Origin: Eledone cirrhosa
Taxonomy: Eukaryota
Length of the DNA: 64,000 nt
Assembly: GCA_964016885.1 (NCBI GenBank)
Contig: OZ024741.1
Span: forward strand, 208,258,001 to 208,322,000
Direction of reading: 5' to 3'
Part shown: positions 50,501 to 63,410 of the stretch, one piece after another
Position numbering within the stretch: the stretch's first letter is position 1
How the letters are laid out: every line of letters begins with the position of its first letter
The notes under the pieces: model-generated
Told to the model about the DNA's origin: nothing
The model's database searches: none
The model's input: only the letters and a program-made list of their open reading frames with translations
Made by a program: the position numbers and the translations under genes

Positions 50501-52976
50501 GGTATGGACTTCAGTGCATACCTCGATGGACTGCCTCGGCTCTCGACGACCGCAGCACAGTGTTGCGAAAAGCCAATAAGAGCCAGTGAAATACGGGAAG
50601 CGATGACTAGATGCACGAGGGGTAAATCGCCAGGTTTGGATGGTCTGCCCTACGAGCTTTATGCCTTTATGCCAGACTTGTTCGGTAACCTCTTAACAGA
50701 CATCTACTGCAACTGGCAGCAGAATGGGAGCATTCTTAGTTTTGTGAGCCGGGGAGAGATGGCGCTGCTGAGAAAAGACCCGAACAAGGGGGATGTTATC
50801 GATAACTTCAGGCCCATAATCCTGCTAAACGCAGAGTTCAAGATATGCGACAAGGTGTTAGCAACGATGTTGGCGCTTGTCGTCAAGGTCTGGTGGGAGA
50901 GGCACAGACATGCGCCATTCCGGACAGATACATACACGACAACCTCCACCTCATGCGATACATCATAGAGAGGGTGGTTTAGGAACCTGGCACGGGTGGG
51001 GCCCTGATCAACGTGGATCAATCCAAAGCATTCGATAGGGTCGACCATCGGTACCTGGCGGCGGTCCTCGAAGCAGCCGGTTTCGGACCCGTTTTCAGGG
51101 ATTGGATCGCTGCGATGTACAGCGACATCTGCTCAGTCGTGAGGGTGAACGGTCACAACAGTTCAGCATCATGCGCTCGGTCCGCCAGGGTTGTCCCCTC
51201 TCGTCCCTCTTGTACGTATTGGCTCTCGAGCCGTTACTGCACAAACTGGGGGCGATGAGGGGCGTCCCACGCGAACTAGGATGCGGGAAATCCGAATCGG
51301 CTTGCGCCGACGACGTCACCGTGGTGGTGTCGAGCACCAGACACGTCCAGATGCTCGGCACCGCTCTCAAGGAATACGAAGCGGTGACAGGAGCAAAGAT
51401 AAACCAGGAAAAGTCGGTGGGCTTGCAGCTCGGCACCTGGAGAGGAAAGTCCATGCCGTCCGACAGCGTCGTGCGGCGTTGGACGGACGGACCAGTTAAA
51501 TTGCTCGGGGTCTGGTTTGGACCGGACATTCAGATGGAGAAAAACTGGAACGAGGTGACGAGCAGGGTGGCCTTCCTCACCCAGAAATGGGCCGAGAGGC
51601 GCTGTCCCTGAAAGGCCAGGCGGAGGTGGCGAATACGTACATCGAATCCGTCATCTACTACCGCCTCACCGTCGTCCCTTGCCCCGGCCCAACTCTCACC
51701 AAAATGGAACGTCTCCTCTTCCGCTTTTTGTGGAAGGGACGCGCTCCCATGGTCAGACGATCCATCTGCTGTCAACACCCATTGCGTGGAGGACTGGGCA
51801 TGCCATGGCTGATGATGCGCAAACATGCGCTGAGGCTGCGACATCTCTGGTGCTTCCTTGACGGTGAACAGGTGTGGTCGCCGTTCGCCAGACACGTTTT
51901 TCCACAGCTCGTCTCTTTGACGGGACGGAGCTGCAGTCCTGGGTCAGGAATAGACCGAGGGATAGCGCTTGGAAACTGGAATGTCTCCAGGCGCTCACTG
52001 CCCTCTGCCAGCTGGGCACCAGTATCGGTGGAACATCGACCTCGGCGTTCTATAGAGGACTAGTGGGGGAGGGGAGGACGCCGTTCGTGGAGAGATCCTG
52101 GGCATCGAAGAAGATCAGCTGTTTGCTCTCTTCCGGAGAACTTTCAGCCGAGGGCCTATGGATAACTTCCAAACATCCCTGGCCTGGCAGTGCTACCGGG
52201 GAGCGTTGCCGGTTCGAGATAAGCTCTACAGGCACGGAAGTGACGTCAGCCGAGCCTGTCTGAGATGCGCGCAGAGCGACGAAATCGTTGTGCACGCACT
52301 CGTTCAGTGCCCGAGCATTGCTGACTTGTGGGGCTATGTCGAACAGTTGCTGTCGCGTGTAGGACTGATCCGGTTATGGACTGAGTCCATTGTGCTGATG
52401 GTCTCGCCGTCTTCGTTCAAGGAGGAAGGGCAGGCGGTTTTCATCTGCCTGGTGGCCATGGCGAAAGAGATTGTGTGGTGGACAAGGTTGAAAGGGTTAA
52501 AGACAAACACTTTCCTCTTCGGCGAATCCCTAATTAACTTTTTCAAGTTTCACTTGAAGAGGAAAATCAGGGTAGAGAGGCAAGTGCTACCTTCTAGAAA
52601 GTTTGTTGAAAGGTGGGTGAATGTAGCGAGAATGGTCCGAATGAACGGGACCGCTCTGAATATACGCTTGTAGTTTGAGAAATGGAAAAATTGAGAGAGG
52701 GCACTTGCCCTGGTGGTCAGGGTGGCCTTGATCTTTTGTGCGGTTTTCGCCACGAGTAACCCTCTGATGTTTCCCCCCTATAGGGGAATTTTTCATTGTT
52801 TCATTTTTCATTTTTATTGTTTATATATATATTTTTTTTCTATGTCTTTTTTTTCTTTTTTATATAAATAATAAAATTCTTTACACGCACAAAACCCACA
52901 TCGTACCGTCCTGTACCGTTCTGTGACATCTGTAATGTTTTTCTTGATGTCAGCCCTTGTGGCCAATAAAGAAATC
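47533..52976 (+). mobile_element. 5'-truncated L1-Tx1-like LINE, copy D (family A), (TTA)n tail; ORF2 49212-52673 disrupted
   Basis: ORF1 nearly colinear with 2565-4045; ORF2 APE/RT motifs; CLRCAQSDEIVVHALVQC. Confidence 0.92.
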
Positions 52977-53008
52977 ATTATTATTATTATTATTATTTAT
53001 ATATATAT

Positions 53009-54039
53009 ATACGCCGATTATGCATTGTTGTATAATATACGCAGACAGGGTGCAGTGCACCCTACTGCTGCATTGAGTGTGGCCGAAACTCGAATCCGGG
53101 AATTATTATAGGCACCCGTTTTACGTGTGTTGTCTTGAAGCGAATAACTATGTGTATACTCTGGGAATGTATCCTACATTACATATTGAGTAAGCTGAGA
53201 TACAACTCCTTATTATTATCTCCCAACTAGCGGACTAATGAGAGTAAGTTAAACAATTTTTCACTTTTTTTATTATTTTGTTTTGATATGGACTCGAATT
53301 CCTGCTATTAATTTTATCTCTCACTCTTTAAGTTGTGAAATAGAATGGTTTACGCACGTGGCTGCCGCAATCCAGCTCGCTACTCTATATCGCTGCATAA
53401 TAGATACTGGAATTTAATGTCCGTTAAAGGTTCTTGGCACTACCATTGTTACTATCGCTTTCCTCTAGCCATGGGACTTGGAGACCTGAGCCGAATGCTA
53501 CCATTCTATTATACATCGATGTGGGACTGCTCTTTCTAATAATCATCTGTTCACTATCTTATTAATTTGTGTGAGACACGTTGGCTGACAGGAACGAAAA
53601 TATTTGTTTTCTATTTTCCCGCCAACACGTAAAGTTTGTAAATCGGTGGCTGGTCGGTGGACAGATTTGTATCAGATTCCAGTTGCTAATCACTTTACTG
53701 TGTCGGCCGTCACAAACAGTCATACCCGGCATGGGCTGGGGTTTGGATTCTGTCGATCGATTGGTTATTGATTAGGCGATACCTGCTGATGAAGCCCCAT
53801 ACGCCGATTATGCATTGTTGCATAATATATGCAGACAGAGGGTGCAGTGCACCCTAATGCTGCATTAAGTGTGGCCGAAACTCGAGTCCGGGAACTATTA
53901 TAGGCACCCGTTTTACGTGTGTTGTATTGAAGCGAATAACTATGTGTATACTCTGGGAATGTATCCTACATTACCTATCGAGTACGCTGAGATACATCCG
54001 GTCTTGGCATGGATAAATATGGTGGGTCTGTCAACTCCT

Positions 54040-54040
<1 letters not shown>
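53009..54040 (+). mobile_element. Non-coding PLE-type unit with direct repeats (53009-53203 and 53799-53995)
   Basis: ~195-bp direct repeat holding the HHR 3' half and tail hairpin; (TA)n flanks. Confidence 0.8.
53782..53892 (+). ncRNA. Hammerhead ribozyme with a large branched stem II
   Basis: CCUG-CUGAUGA-[~84 nt]-GAAA-CUCGAG-UC|CGGG. Confidence 0.85.
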
Positions 54041-54116
<76 letters not shown>

Positions 54117-54422
54117 CAATGATAATAAATAAATGATAACTATATTTATAAAACCATATTTATTTTATTATATATATTTCAAGGGTACCAAAAGACTTTT
54201 GTACGCTTTCTTCAGAAAAAATACAAAATTTGTTTCATAAATAGAGACATACCCAGGAAAATCATACCTTATCAGTTGGATATTCTCTGGATAGTGGAAA
54301 TGTATTAGGGATTTTTCAAACTTATGGGTGAATATGCAAATGAATATGTAAATAATTGAAAAACAACCGTTTATTTAAACGACTATGGAGAGAAAAAAGA
54401 GAGAAGAGAAGAAGGACAAAAT

Positions 54423-54509
<87 letters not shown>

Positions 54510-57031
54510 AGAAGGAAAAAACCAAAGATGAATAAAAAAAAAAATTTAAAAACGTTAACTTGAGGGAAATATATTCGGACAATTACGTATGTTTATATGT
54601 ACATATATATCTTAAAATTATGGGTATTTATATTAATTGTTAAAATTTGTTTATAATATAATATTTTTCATTCGTTTATAAGTAGATAAATAAATAAATA
54701 TATAAATAGATAGGTATATCATGTTATAGATATTTGTTCAAATGAGTTATGAGGGATATTGGTTTTGTATTTTATGTAAATAAACGTATTCAAAATTGAG
54801 AATAATTTAAAATTAAATTAAATTAAATTAAATTAAGTGCGTTAAGTAAGAATATATATATTTATATGATTTAAAAGGGAAGATAAGGAAAAAACTCCGG
54901 TTTTATTTATTTATTTGTTAGTGTGAAACTATTTAGTCAAAATAAGTATGGATGTTTAAGATACATTTAGCTAGAATCAGTTAGTGGTTATTAATCTATT
55001 GAAAAATATTGAAAAAATATTGAGAAAATATTGAAAAGATATGGAAAAAATATTGAAAAAGTATATTGAAAAAATATATTGAAAAAAATATATTAAAAAA
55101 TTTTGAAAAGAATATTGAAAAAATTTTTTTTTTTATTTTAAATCTTGAGAAAAAATCTTTTGAAAAAGCTTTTGAGAAAAATTTTTAAAATTTCATTTCA
55201 AAATAAAATTTTTTTTATGAGATAAGTAATTTTTAAAGAAATAAAAAATTATTCAAATTAAAAAATAAAAAAAAATTAGAATTATATACGTATATATTAT
55301 ATGTACATTTTAAAGAAGTGGAAGTACAACAAATATTAGAGATATTATGATTTAGAGATATCAATATATTAAAACTAAATAGATGAGATTAATAGGAATA
55401 TTATAATTATAATTAAAAGTTCTGAATAGTTCTGAATGTTGAATTTTGGCGGTGCAACTTCTACAGAATTTAAAAGTGGCTGGAATAACCACAATTTTTC
55501 TTTCCGAATATTTGATAAAAAATCTTCAACTTCTCTTTCAAACCTGATATGGAACTTAAAATGCAAGAATATAGACTATTCATTAGCTTGGGAAACAGCC
55601 GCATACCGAAACACAGCTCTATCCAGATTCTACAAATTGTGTATTGAGGAATTTTTTTATATACTTAACTGTAAAAACTCAATTAATCTAAGAACGAATT
55701 TATTTAATTCTTGTAGACATCGCCAGAATTCAACATTCAGAACTATATATAACTTATAATTATACTTATAATATTCCTATTAATCTCATCTACTTGGTTT
55801 AATATATTGATAGCTCTAAATCATAATATCTCTAACAATTTTCATATAATATATACGTATATAATTCTAATATTTAAACAAATTTTTAATTTGAATAATT
55901 TTTTATTTCTTTAAAAATTACTTATCACATAAAAAATTTTTTTGAAATGATTTTTATTTTATTTTTCTCAAAAATTTTTTTTTCATTTTTCTCAACATTT
56001 TTAAACATTTTATTTTTTTATTTTTTCAATATTCTTTTCAATATTTTTTAATATATTTTTTTCAATATATTTTTTCAATATATTTTTTCAATATTTTTTC
56101 AATATCTTTTCAATAACTTTTCAATATGTTTTCAATAGATTAATAACCATAACTGATTCTGGCTAAATGTATCTTAAACATCCATACTTATTTTGACTAA
56201 ATAGTTTCACACTAACAAATAAATAAATAAAACCGGAGTTTTTTCCTGATCTTCCCTTTTAAATCATATAAATATATATATTCTTACTTAACTCACTTAA
56301 TTTAATTTAATTTAATTTAATTCGAAATTATTCTCAATTTTAAATACATATTTATTTACATAAAATACAAAACCAATATCCTCATAACTCATTTGAACAA
56401 ATATCTATAACATGATATACCTATCTATTTATTTATTTATTTATTTATCTACTTATAAATGAATGAAAAATATTATATTATAAACAAATTTTAAACAATT
56501 AATATTAAGATATATATTTACATATAAACATACGTAATTGTCCGAATATATTTACCTCAAATTAACGTTATATGATTTTTTTTATTCATCTTCGGTTTTT
56601 TCCTTCTTCTCTCTGTCTCTCTCTCTCCCTCCCTATCTCTCTCTATCTCTATCTCTCTCACACTATTTTGTCCTTCTTCTCTTCTCTCTTCTTTCTCTCC
56701 ATAGTCGTTTAAATAAACGGTTGTTTTTCAATTATGTATATATTCATTTGCATTCACCCATAAGTTTGAAAAATCCCTAATACATTTCCACTATCCAGAG
56801 AATATCCAACTGATAAGGTATGATTTTCCTGGGTATGTCTCTTAAATTTTGTATTTTATTTGAAGAAAGCGTACGAAAGTCTTTTGGTACCCTTGAAATA
56901 TATATAATAAAATAAATATGGTTTTATAAATATAGTTTCCATTTATTTAATATCATTGAATATTTACTCCATGAATCTGTTGAGTGCTCTAAATCAGTTA
57001 TAAACATTTATATTTATATTTGTCGGATTTC

Positions 57032-57036
<5 letters not shown>
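54117..57036 (+). mobile_element. Large palindromic Naiad-type PLE remnant (~1.2-1.3 kb arms; spacer encodes GIY-YIG C-terminus 55436-55759); HHRs at 54162-54232(-) and 56853-56913(+)
   Basis: Arms are reverse complements; 'GATSTEFK..NNHNFSFR..STSLSNLIWNLK..KLCIEE..NSCRH'. Confidence 0.88.
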
Positions 57037-57073
<37 letters not shown>

Positions 57074-57075
57074 TA

Positions 57076-57462
57076 TACGATATTAGATAAATGGAAACTA
57101 TATTTATAAAACCATATTTATTTCATTATATATATTTCAGGGATATCATATTAACAATATGTTATGCCTTCTTCAGACAAAATACAATATAGACAGTTTT
57201 ATAGATAAATAGATTTGACATACCGTTCAACATCGACTTGTATTTGAAAAAGTTGATTTGGCAGTATAAAACTGTCTATATTGTATTTTGTCTGAAGAAG
57301 GCATAACATATTGTTAATATGATATCCCTGAAATATATATAATGAAATAAATATGGTTTTATAAATATAGTTTCCATTTATCTAATATCGTAAATATACT
57401 CCAAATACTTGTTGAGTGCTTTTATATCAGTTATAAATATTTACTAGTTGTAACCCAACAAT
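57076..57462 (+). mobile_element. Palindromic pLTR remnant (57076-57392) with HHR 57285-57348 and tail
   Basis: AUUUUGU-CUGAAGA-stem II-GAAA-UAUAUA-UA|AUGAAAU; related to the 46728 and 54117 units. Confidence 0.87.
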
Positions 57463-57478
57463 TTAAATATAACTTTCC

Positions 57479-57537
<59 letters not shown>

Positions 57538-57546
<9 letters not shown>

Positions 57547-58392
57547 GACGTAAAATAAGAAAATTATAAAAATTAACTTACTTACTAAAATTTCACTCCA
57601 ACTAATTAGTTTCTGAAAGGGAATAAACATGGTTTCCAAATGGAAAGCATGGAGAAGCCGTTTCGTCATCAGGAAGTCTGTCCACGCATCGCCTGGTAAC
57701 TTAGCTGAGAGCAGACTTCCAGATGACGAAACAGCTTCGCCATGTTTTCCATTTGGAAACCATATTTATTCCCTTTCAGAAACTAATTAGTTGGAGTAAA
57801 ATTTTAGTAAGTAAGTTAATTTTTATAATTTTCTTATTTTACGTCTTTCATATAATTGTTCTGCATCCCCTTGCATTGAACCACAAAGTTGCTAAGACAA
57901 AACCTATGTATTTGCTAGCATAGGTATACATCTGTATATATATGTTGGTAGATATACTAATTCTTTATAATTATCTCTAAATTATTTTGTTGAGCAAAAA
58001 TTTGCCAAAACTGCTACTATAGTTCATAGTAATGGCTCGGCTACTGTCTTTTTAACACCCCACTCCTCACTGATTAACCTCGATGTCACGTGATTGATTC
58101 TTTTGAATTTGCCACCGGCCAAGTAGGCAGTGATTTTTTCAATGTCTTGGAATTTAGTCCACGCTTGCTTTTTTCCATCCACTGAATTATTTTTGTATAA
58201 GTTCCCTGTGTTCACGCATCGCCTGGTAACTTAGCTGAGAACAGACTTCCTGATGACGAAACGGCTTCTCCATGCTTTCCATTTGGAAACCATGTTTATT
58301 CCTTTTCAGAAACTAATTAGTTTGAGTGAAATTTTAGTAAGTTAATTTTTATAATTTTCTTATTTTACGTCTTTCATATAATTGTTCTGCAT

Positions 58393-58394
<2 letters not shown>
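57538..58394 (+). mobile_element. PLE-type remnant: inverted pair (57538-57854) plus third direct copy (58213-58394)
   Basis: Three copies of a ~145-180-bp unit containing CTGATGACGAAAC; tail hairpin 57858-57881. Confidence 0.78.
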
Positions 58395-58452
<58 letters not shown>

Positions 58453-59091
58453 AGATGAATAATTTGGATATAATTGTTTCTACTTTTGGCTCAAGGCCAG
58501 CAATTACCCAGTGCTTTACTGGTACTTTATTTTATCAACCCTGTAAGGATGAAAGGCAAAGTTAACCTCGCCAGGATTGGAACTTAGAATGGCAAGGGCC
58601 GTAATTCTATGCGTCTGACCCTCTACCGATACTGTCAACCAAATGCGAAGAAGTTCGATATATTAACCACTTAGGGAAGAAAATAGTATAATTGTTTTTT
58701 TAAAATCAATTGAAAATCAAAGAGGTACTTCAAGTCATTTGTTTAATGTCTAAAACGAAAGCTTCGTCAGGTATTAATTCAGGATTTAGATGATAGAGTC
58801 CCAAAGGAACACAAAAATCATAGTTAATAGAGTAAATAAATTGAAGAGGTTTTTAAACTAAAAAATTCAAGAAATACAGATAAAGATATTTATCTCAGGG
58901 GATGTGGAAACAAAGCAGTTGCTTAATTTTGTTAAATAAACATGAATTCTTTTCAGCAATAAAAAATAATAAGGATTTATGAAGATAGTTTTTAAAACAA
59001 GAATATTATTTTTATCCGGTAAAGCATATGCGGACCATTTGATTAATTGTCTATGTAAGTATTTTTCTTTTCAGTAGCAAGCCATTAATTA

Positions 59092-59176
<85 letters not shown>

Positions 59177-59866
59177 TCTCCACTATATATATATACATTC
59201 TCCATATATATATATATAACACTTCTCCATTCTTTCACAAATAGAAAACTAAGGCACTCCACTTCGCTCGCGGACTACATCACATCACTAAAGGACTTAA
59301 ACATCAGCTTCTCCACGCACTGGGAGATTGTCGGTAGGGCTGCACCGTACAACTTCAAGAGGAAATGCGATCTTTGCCTCATGGAGCTCTACCACATCAT
59401 AACTGCACCCCACGAGCTCATCAACAGCAGAGCTGAAACAGCGATAAGTTATACACATCGCTTAAAAATATACTTCTTCAGATGGGTTAAGGATGAGGAG
59501 TGAAACCGTGCACCGGATCTCCCTGCAGCAAGTCTTAACACACCGGCGGGCAGGCGCTGCAAAATAACACCCAGGAAACAATCCTTGCATACCAGACCCA
59601 GCCTCAAACGACTCAGACAAACAGATGCAGCAAAAAGAAAAAAAAACTCTCAAAATAAGCGTTGATTACATGCGTATCGACAATGGTAAGGTTGTAACCT
59701 CATCTCGTAGCAGATAAACAAATTTGTCCGGGAAAGACTGCCCTAACACCGGCCAGAATTACCTCCCTTAACCTGCTGCAAAATCAAAACAAGCTATGAA
59801 CCTTAACGTGGATTTAACCCCAAAAACTCTTTCCGAGCAATGTAAGGAACACTTTTGATTATTTAT

Positions 59867-59906
59867 GCCCTTGAGAAGCCCAACTGGGCGAAACGTACGT
59901 AGGTGC
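59867..59906 (+). ncRNA. Minimal hammerhead ribozyme, U3-A8 variant (second copy 63031-63070)
   Basis: GCCC-UUGAGAA-GCCC/GGGC-GAAA-CGUACG-UA|GGUGC. Confidence 0.85.
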
Positions 59907-60166
59907 TGTTTTAAATAAACATGTTTTAACGGTCTATTCTCCGATTTTTTACTTTCCCACGTGCTTACGCTCTGCTAACTCAATATTAACTAAATATTAA
60001 CACTTCGAATATTTAATACTGCCGGCACTAGTATCGAGCACCTTTGGCATACGCTACTTGGAAAATAACTATATGTAACACCTACCCTCCCCTTTTTTCT
60101 CTCTCTCGATACGTAAATACTGTATTACCGTGCTCCTTTGTAGAGCATCTCGCCTTATTTGCCATT

Positions 60167-62902
60167 ATGTTGGAGAACCAGCCGTTACCTATGTCTCTCA
60201 AGTGTATCCCCTTACCCAGCAGAAAAACCTACCTTAAACTGCTTATAGACGCTACTAACTCGTTTATACGGAGAGTCAGATGGAAGGCCTACCACCTGGA
60301 TGAGAACACCCGTAACCTTCTTGAACCCAAAGAGAGGTATGGCTTCAAAACATACCGAAACCCACCGCACAACACCTTACTGGACTCCTTTGAAGAGGAC
60401 CTGCTGAAAATGATCAAAAACGTTAAGTTCAGAAAGAAACACCAATGCAGCAATCCATTCTTAACGTCCCTTGATACACTAATAACTAAGATCAAGAATG
60501 ACCCGCACCTCTTCGTCACCTCCGACAAAACCAAAAAGCTGTACAAGATGGACGCGAGTAAGTATAAAAAATTCATCTATAAGGAACTACACAAACACTA
60601 CAAAAAGACACCCTCTAGTACCCTAAATGTCATAAATAGAGTAGGGAAGGATATAGTCACCAGCTTAGAAATAGAAAAGCACACTAACCCGTACGTCCCT
60701 CTGACGCCTAAATTCTCTCTTAAGGATCACAAATATGACTTTAATGAAAGCCCCTCTATTAGACTAATATGCCCCTCTACATCAGATATAGGTAAGATTA
60801 GTAAAGTGATTCTCGACAGAGTACGACTGGAGCTTAATAGAAAGACTAAGGTCTGCCTCTGGGGCAACACCGACCAGGTCATAAATTGGTTCACCGAGTT
60901 GCCGGATAAAGCCACCCTGAAATTCATCCAGTTTGACATAGATAGTTACTACGCCTCTATCTCCCCCATACTCTTAATTAAGGCACTTATCTTAGCTAAA
61001 TCTAACACTAACCTCACTAAAAAAGAAATAGACATAATTCTAGCGGCGCGTAGAACCATTATCCAGTTCGAAGGCTCCCACTGGACCAGAACCAACCGTC
61101 CTGATAACTTCGATGTCACGATGGGGTTCAGTGACTCAGCGCAAGCAACTGACCTGGTCGGGATATACCTCCTACATAAGCTTAGGGAAGAGATACCGGC
61201 CCTACAAGGAGGTGTATATAGGGACGACGCCCTGTTTACCGTTAGGAACCATAGCCCCCGTAGGATAGAGAACCTTAACAAACATATACACAGGTTCTTC
61301 AAGTCATACGGCCTATCCGTAACTATGGACCTCAACCACAGGGTTGTCAACTTCCTGGACGTGACCCTGGAGTTGAGTACGGGCTTATACAAGCCATACC
61401 ATAAGCCTGGAGAGTGCCTCTCTTATATTAATTATGCCTCCAACCACCCTAAGTAAACTCTCAACTCCATAGTCTATAGTATCTCACATAGAATCTCGAG
61501 GCTATCCGCCAATGAGGATATCTTCAACCAAGCGGCAGATTACTACAATAGGGCCTTGATAAGCGCCGGCTTTAACCGAGGAATTTCCTACATCCCTAAC
61601 GCTAGCTCTAGAACCCCCCCCCCCTCTAATAAAACGAACGTTATAGTGAGCTATACCTATAACCGATCACGCGGCGACCTCGTTGAAGTCGATTATAATA
61701 GAATAGATAACCGCATTAAAGATCACGACCCCGGCGACGGTGACCACTGTAGATTACACTAACTATTCCCCTATTACAAAACCAACAAAGGCGACGGCCT
61801 ACTACCAACGCCTTACAACCATCATCTTCCTGTACATAAACATGGAAGAGATAGGAAGAGGACCCGAGCATAAAGTGAAAGGGGCACCGAACGGGCGACT
61901 GCGCATTAACACATAAGAGCGGTCACCTAGATGGAACCACCCGTAGCAAACGTACAAGGACACGTAATCGCCACCGTAACGTCCTATGGTTCCACCTCCT
62001 CCCCTACTCTCGGAGTGTGGCCTCCAACATACCCCGGATGTTCTTCGAAGCCTTAGAGAAGTACTTCCCGCCCAACCATAAGTATAGAAAAATTCTTAAT
62101 AGGAACAATATAAAAATATCCTTCTCTACTACTCCTAACCTAGCAGACATCATAGGAACAACGAACCGCAGTAAGATCACCAAGACACAGCACCTCGACA
62201 CAGACGCACCTACACCTGACAATAACTATATCAGCCTTAACAACTCCCTGGCAGCATCCAATAGTGTTGGCAACGGCATCCGCAGACGCAACAAGCATAA
62301 CCGCGAAATGACTGGGGAACATGCAGGACATGACGTGCGGAATAACAATCGCACCACCCCCCGTGCTGTGGGTTGTAATGGTGCTAACGACAGCTGCGGT
62401 AGCGTAGGTAACAACGTAGGCAGCAACAATGATAGCCTTACCGTCGGAAATAGACGGAACCGCGACAGAAATTTCAACTGCCGCGACAGAGGACGCTGCG
62501 CCCTTAGAGGATACTGCCTGACTGATAGGGTTATATATATAGATGCACTATTACTAGCCACAATAGCGTTAAACATTATATAGGGGCTACCTCCGGCCCG
62601 TTCAAAATTAGGTTTCGGCACATCTCCACTCTTTCACAAATAGAAAACTAAGGCACTCCACTTCGCTCGCGGACTACATCACATCACTAAAGGATTTAAA
62701 CATCAGCTTCTCCACGCACTTGGAGATTGTCGGCAGGGCTGCACCGTACAACTTCAAGAGGAAATGCGATCTTTGCCTCATGGAGCTCTACCACATCATA
62801 ACTGCACCCCACGAGCTCATCAACAGCAGAGCTGAAACAGCGATAAGTTATACACATCGCTTAAAAATATCCTTCTTCAGATGGGTTAAGGATGAGGAGT
62901 GA
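60167..62902 (+). pseudogene. PLE2 RT + GIY-YIG ORF; premature stop at 61454 and later frameshifts
   Basis: KCIPLPSRKTYLK..RRVRWKAY..YGFKT, FIQFDIDSYYASI, FDVTMGFSDSA, VYRDDAL, NCRDRGRCALRGYC, CDLCLME. Confidence 0.9.
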
Positions 62903-63167
62903 AACCGTGCAACGGATCTCCCTGCAACAAGTCTTAACACCCCGGCGGGCAGGCGCTGCAAAATCAAAACAAGCTATTTAACCCCCAAAACTCTTTCCGA
63001 GCAATGTAAGGAACACTTTTGATTATTTATGCCCTTGAGAAGCCCAACTGGGCGAAACGTACGTAGGTGCTGTTTTAAATAAACATGTTTTAACGGTCTA
63101 TTCTCCGATTTCTTACTTTCCCACGTGCTATATATATATATATATTATATATAATCTATTGATGTTC

Positions 63168-63320
63168 ATACATGGAACAATATCGCTACCCCAGGTTTCA
63201 TGGTAACAAACTCGTATTAGCGCCTGAATAATGGTCACTATTTTGATACCTTTTGTTTTCTGGAGGTATAGTCAAATTTGTACCTTGAAACCTTCGGCAG
63301 CGCTATTGTTCCATGTGTAT
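63168..63320 (+). mobile_element. Short palindromic pLTR remnant with degenerate HHR 63218-63305
   Basis: Stem I UAGCGC/GCGCUA, CUGAAUA, long stem II, GAAACC..GG(C/U)A. Confidence 0.7.
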
Positions 63321-63336
63321 ATATATATATATATAT

Positions 63337-63410
63337 ATGAGAGTCGGCTGAAAAGTTCATATGCGGCTCATAGTGTAACCAAATGAGGTTTATTTTAACC
63401 ATAGTCCCTC
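63337..63410 (+). mobile_element. Possible mariner-like terminal fragment
   Basis: TA-TGAGAGTCGGCTGAAAAGTTC resembles mariner TIRs; no partner end in the window. Confidence 0.4.

Larger units (their letters stand above)
59222..63129 (+). mobile_element. PLE2: Naiad-type Penelope-like element with direct pLTRs (59222-59965, 62622-63129) in (TA)n
   Basis: The 5' pLTR repeats the ORF 3' end; HHR in both pLTRs. Confidence 0.92.
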
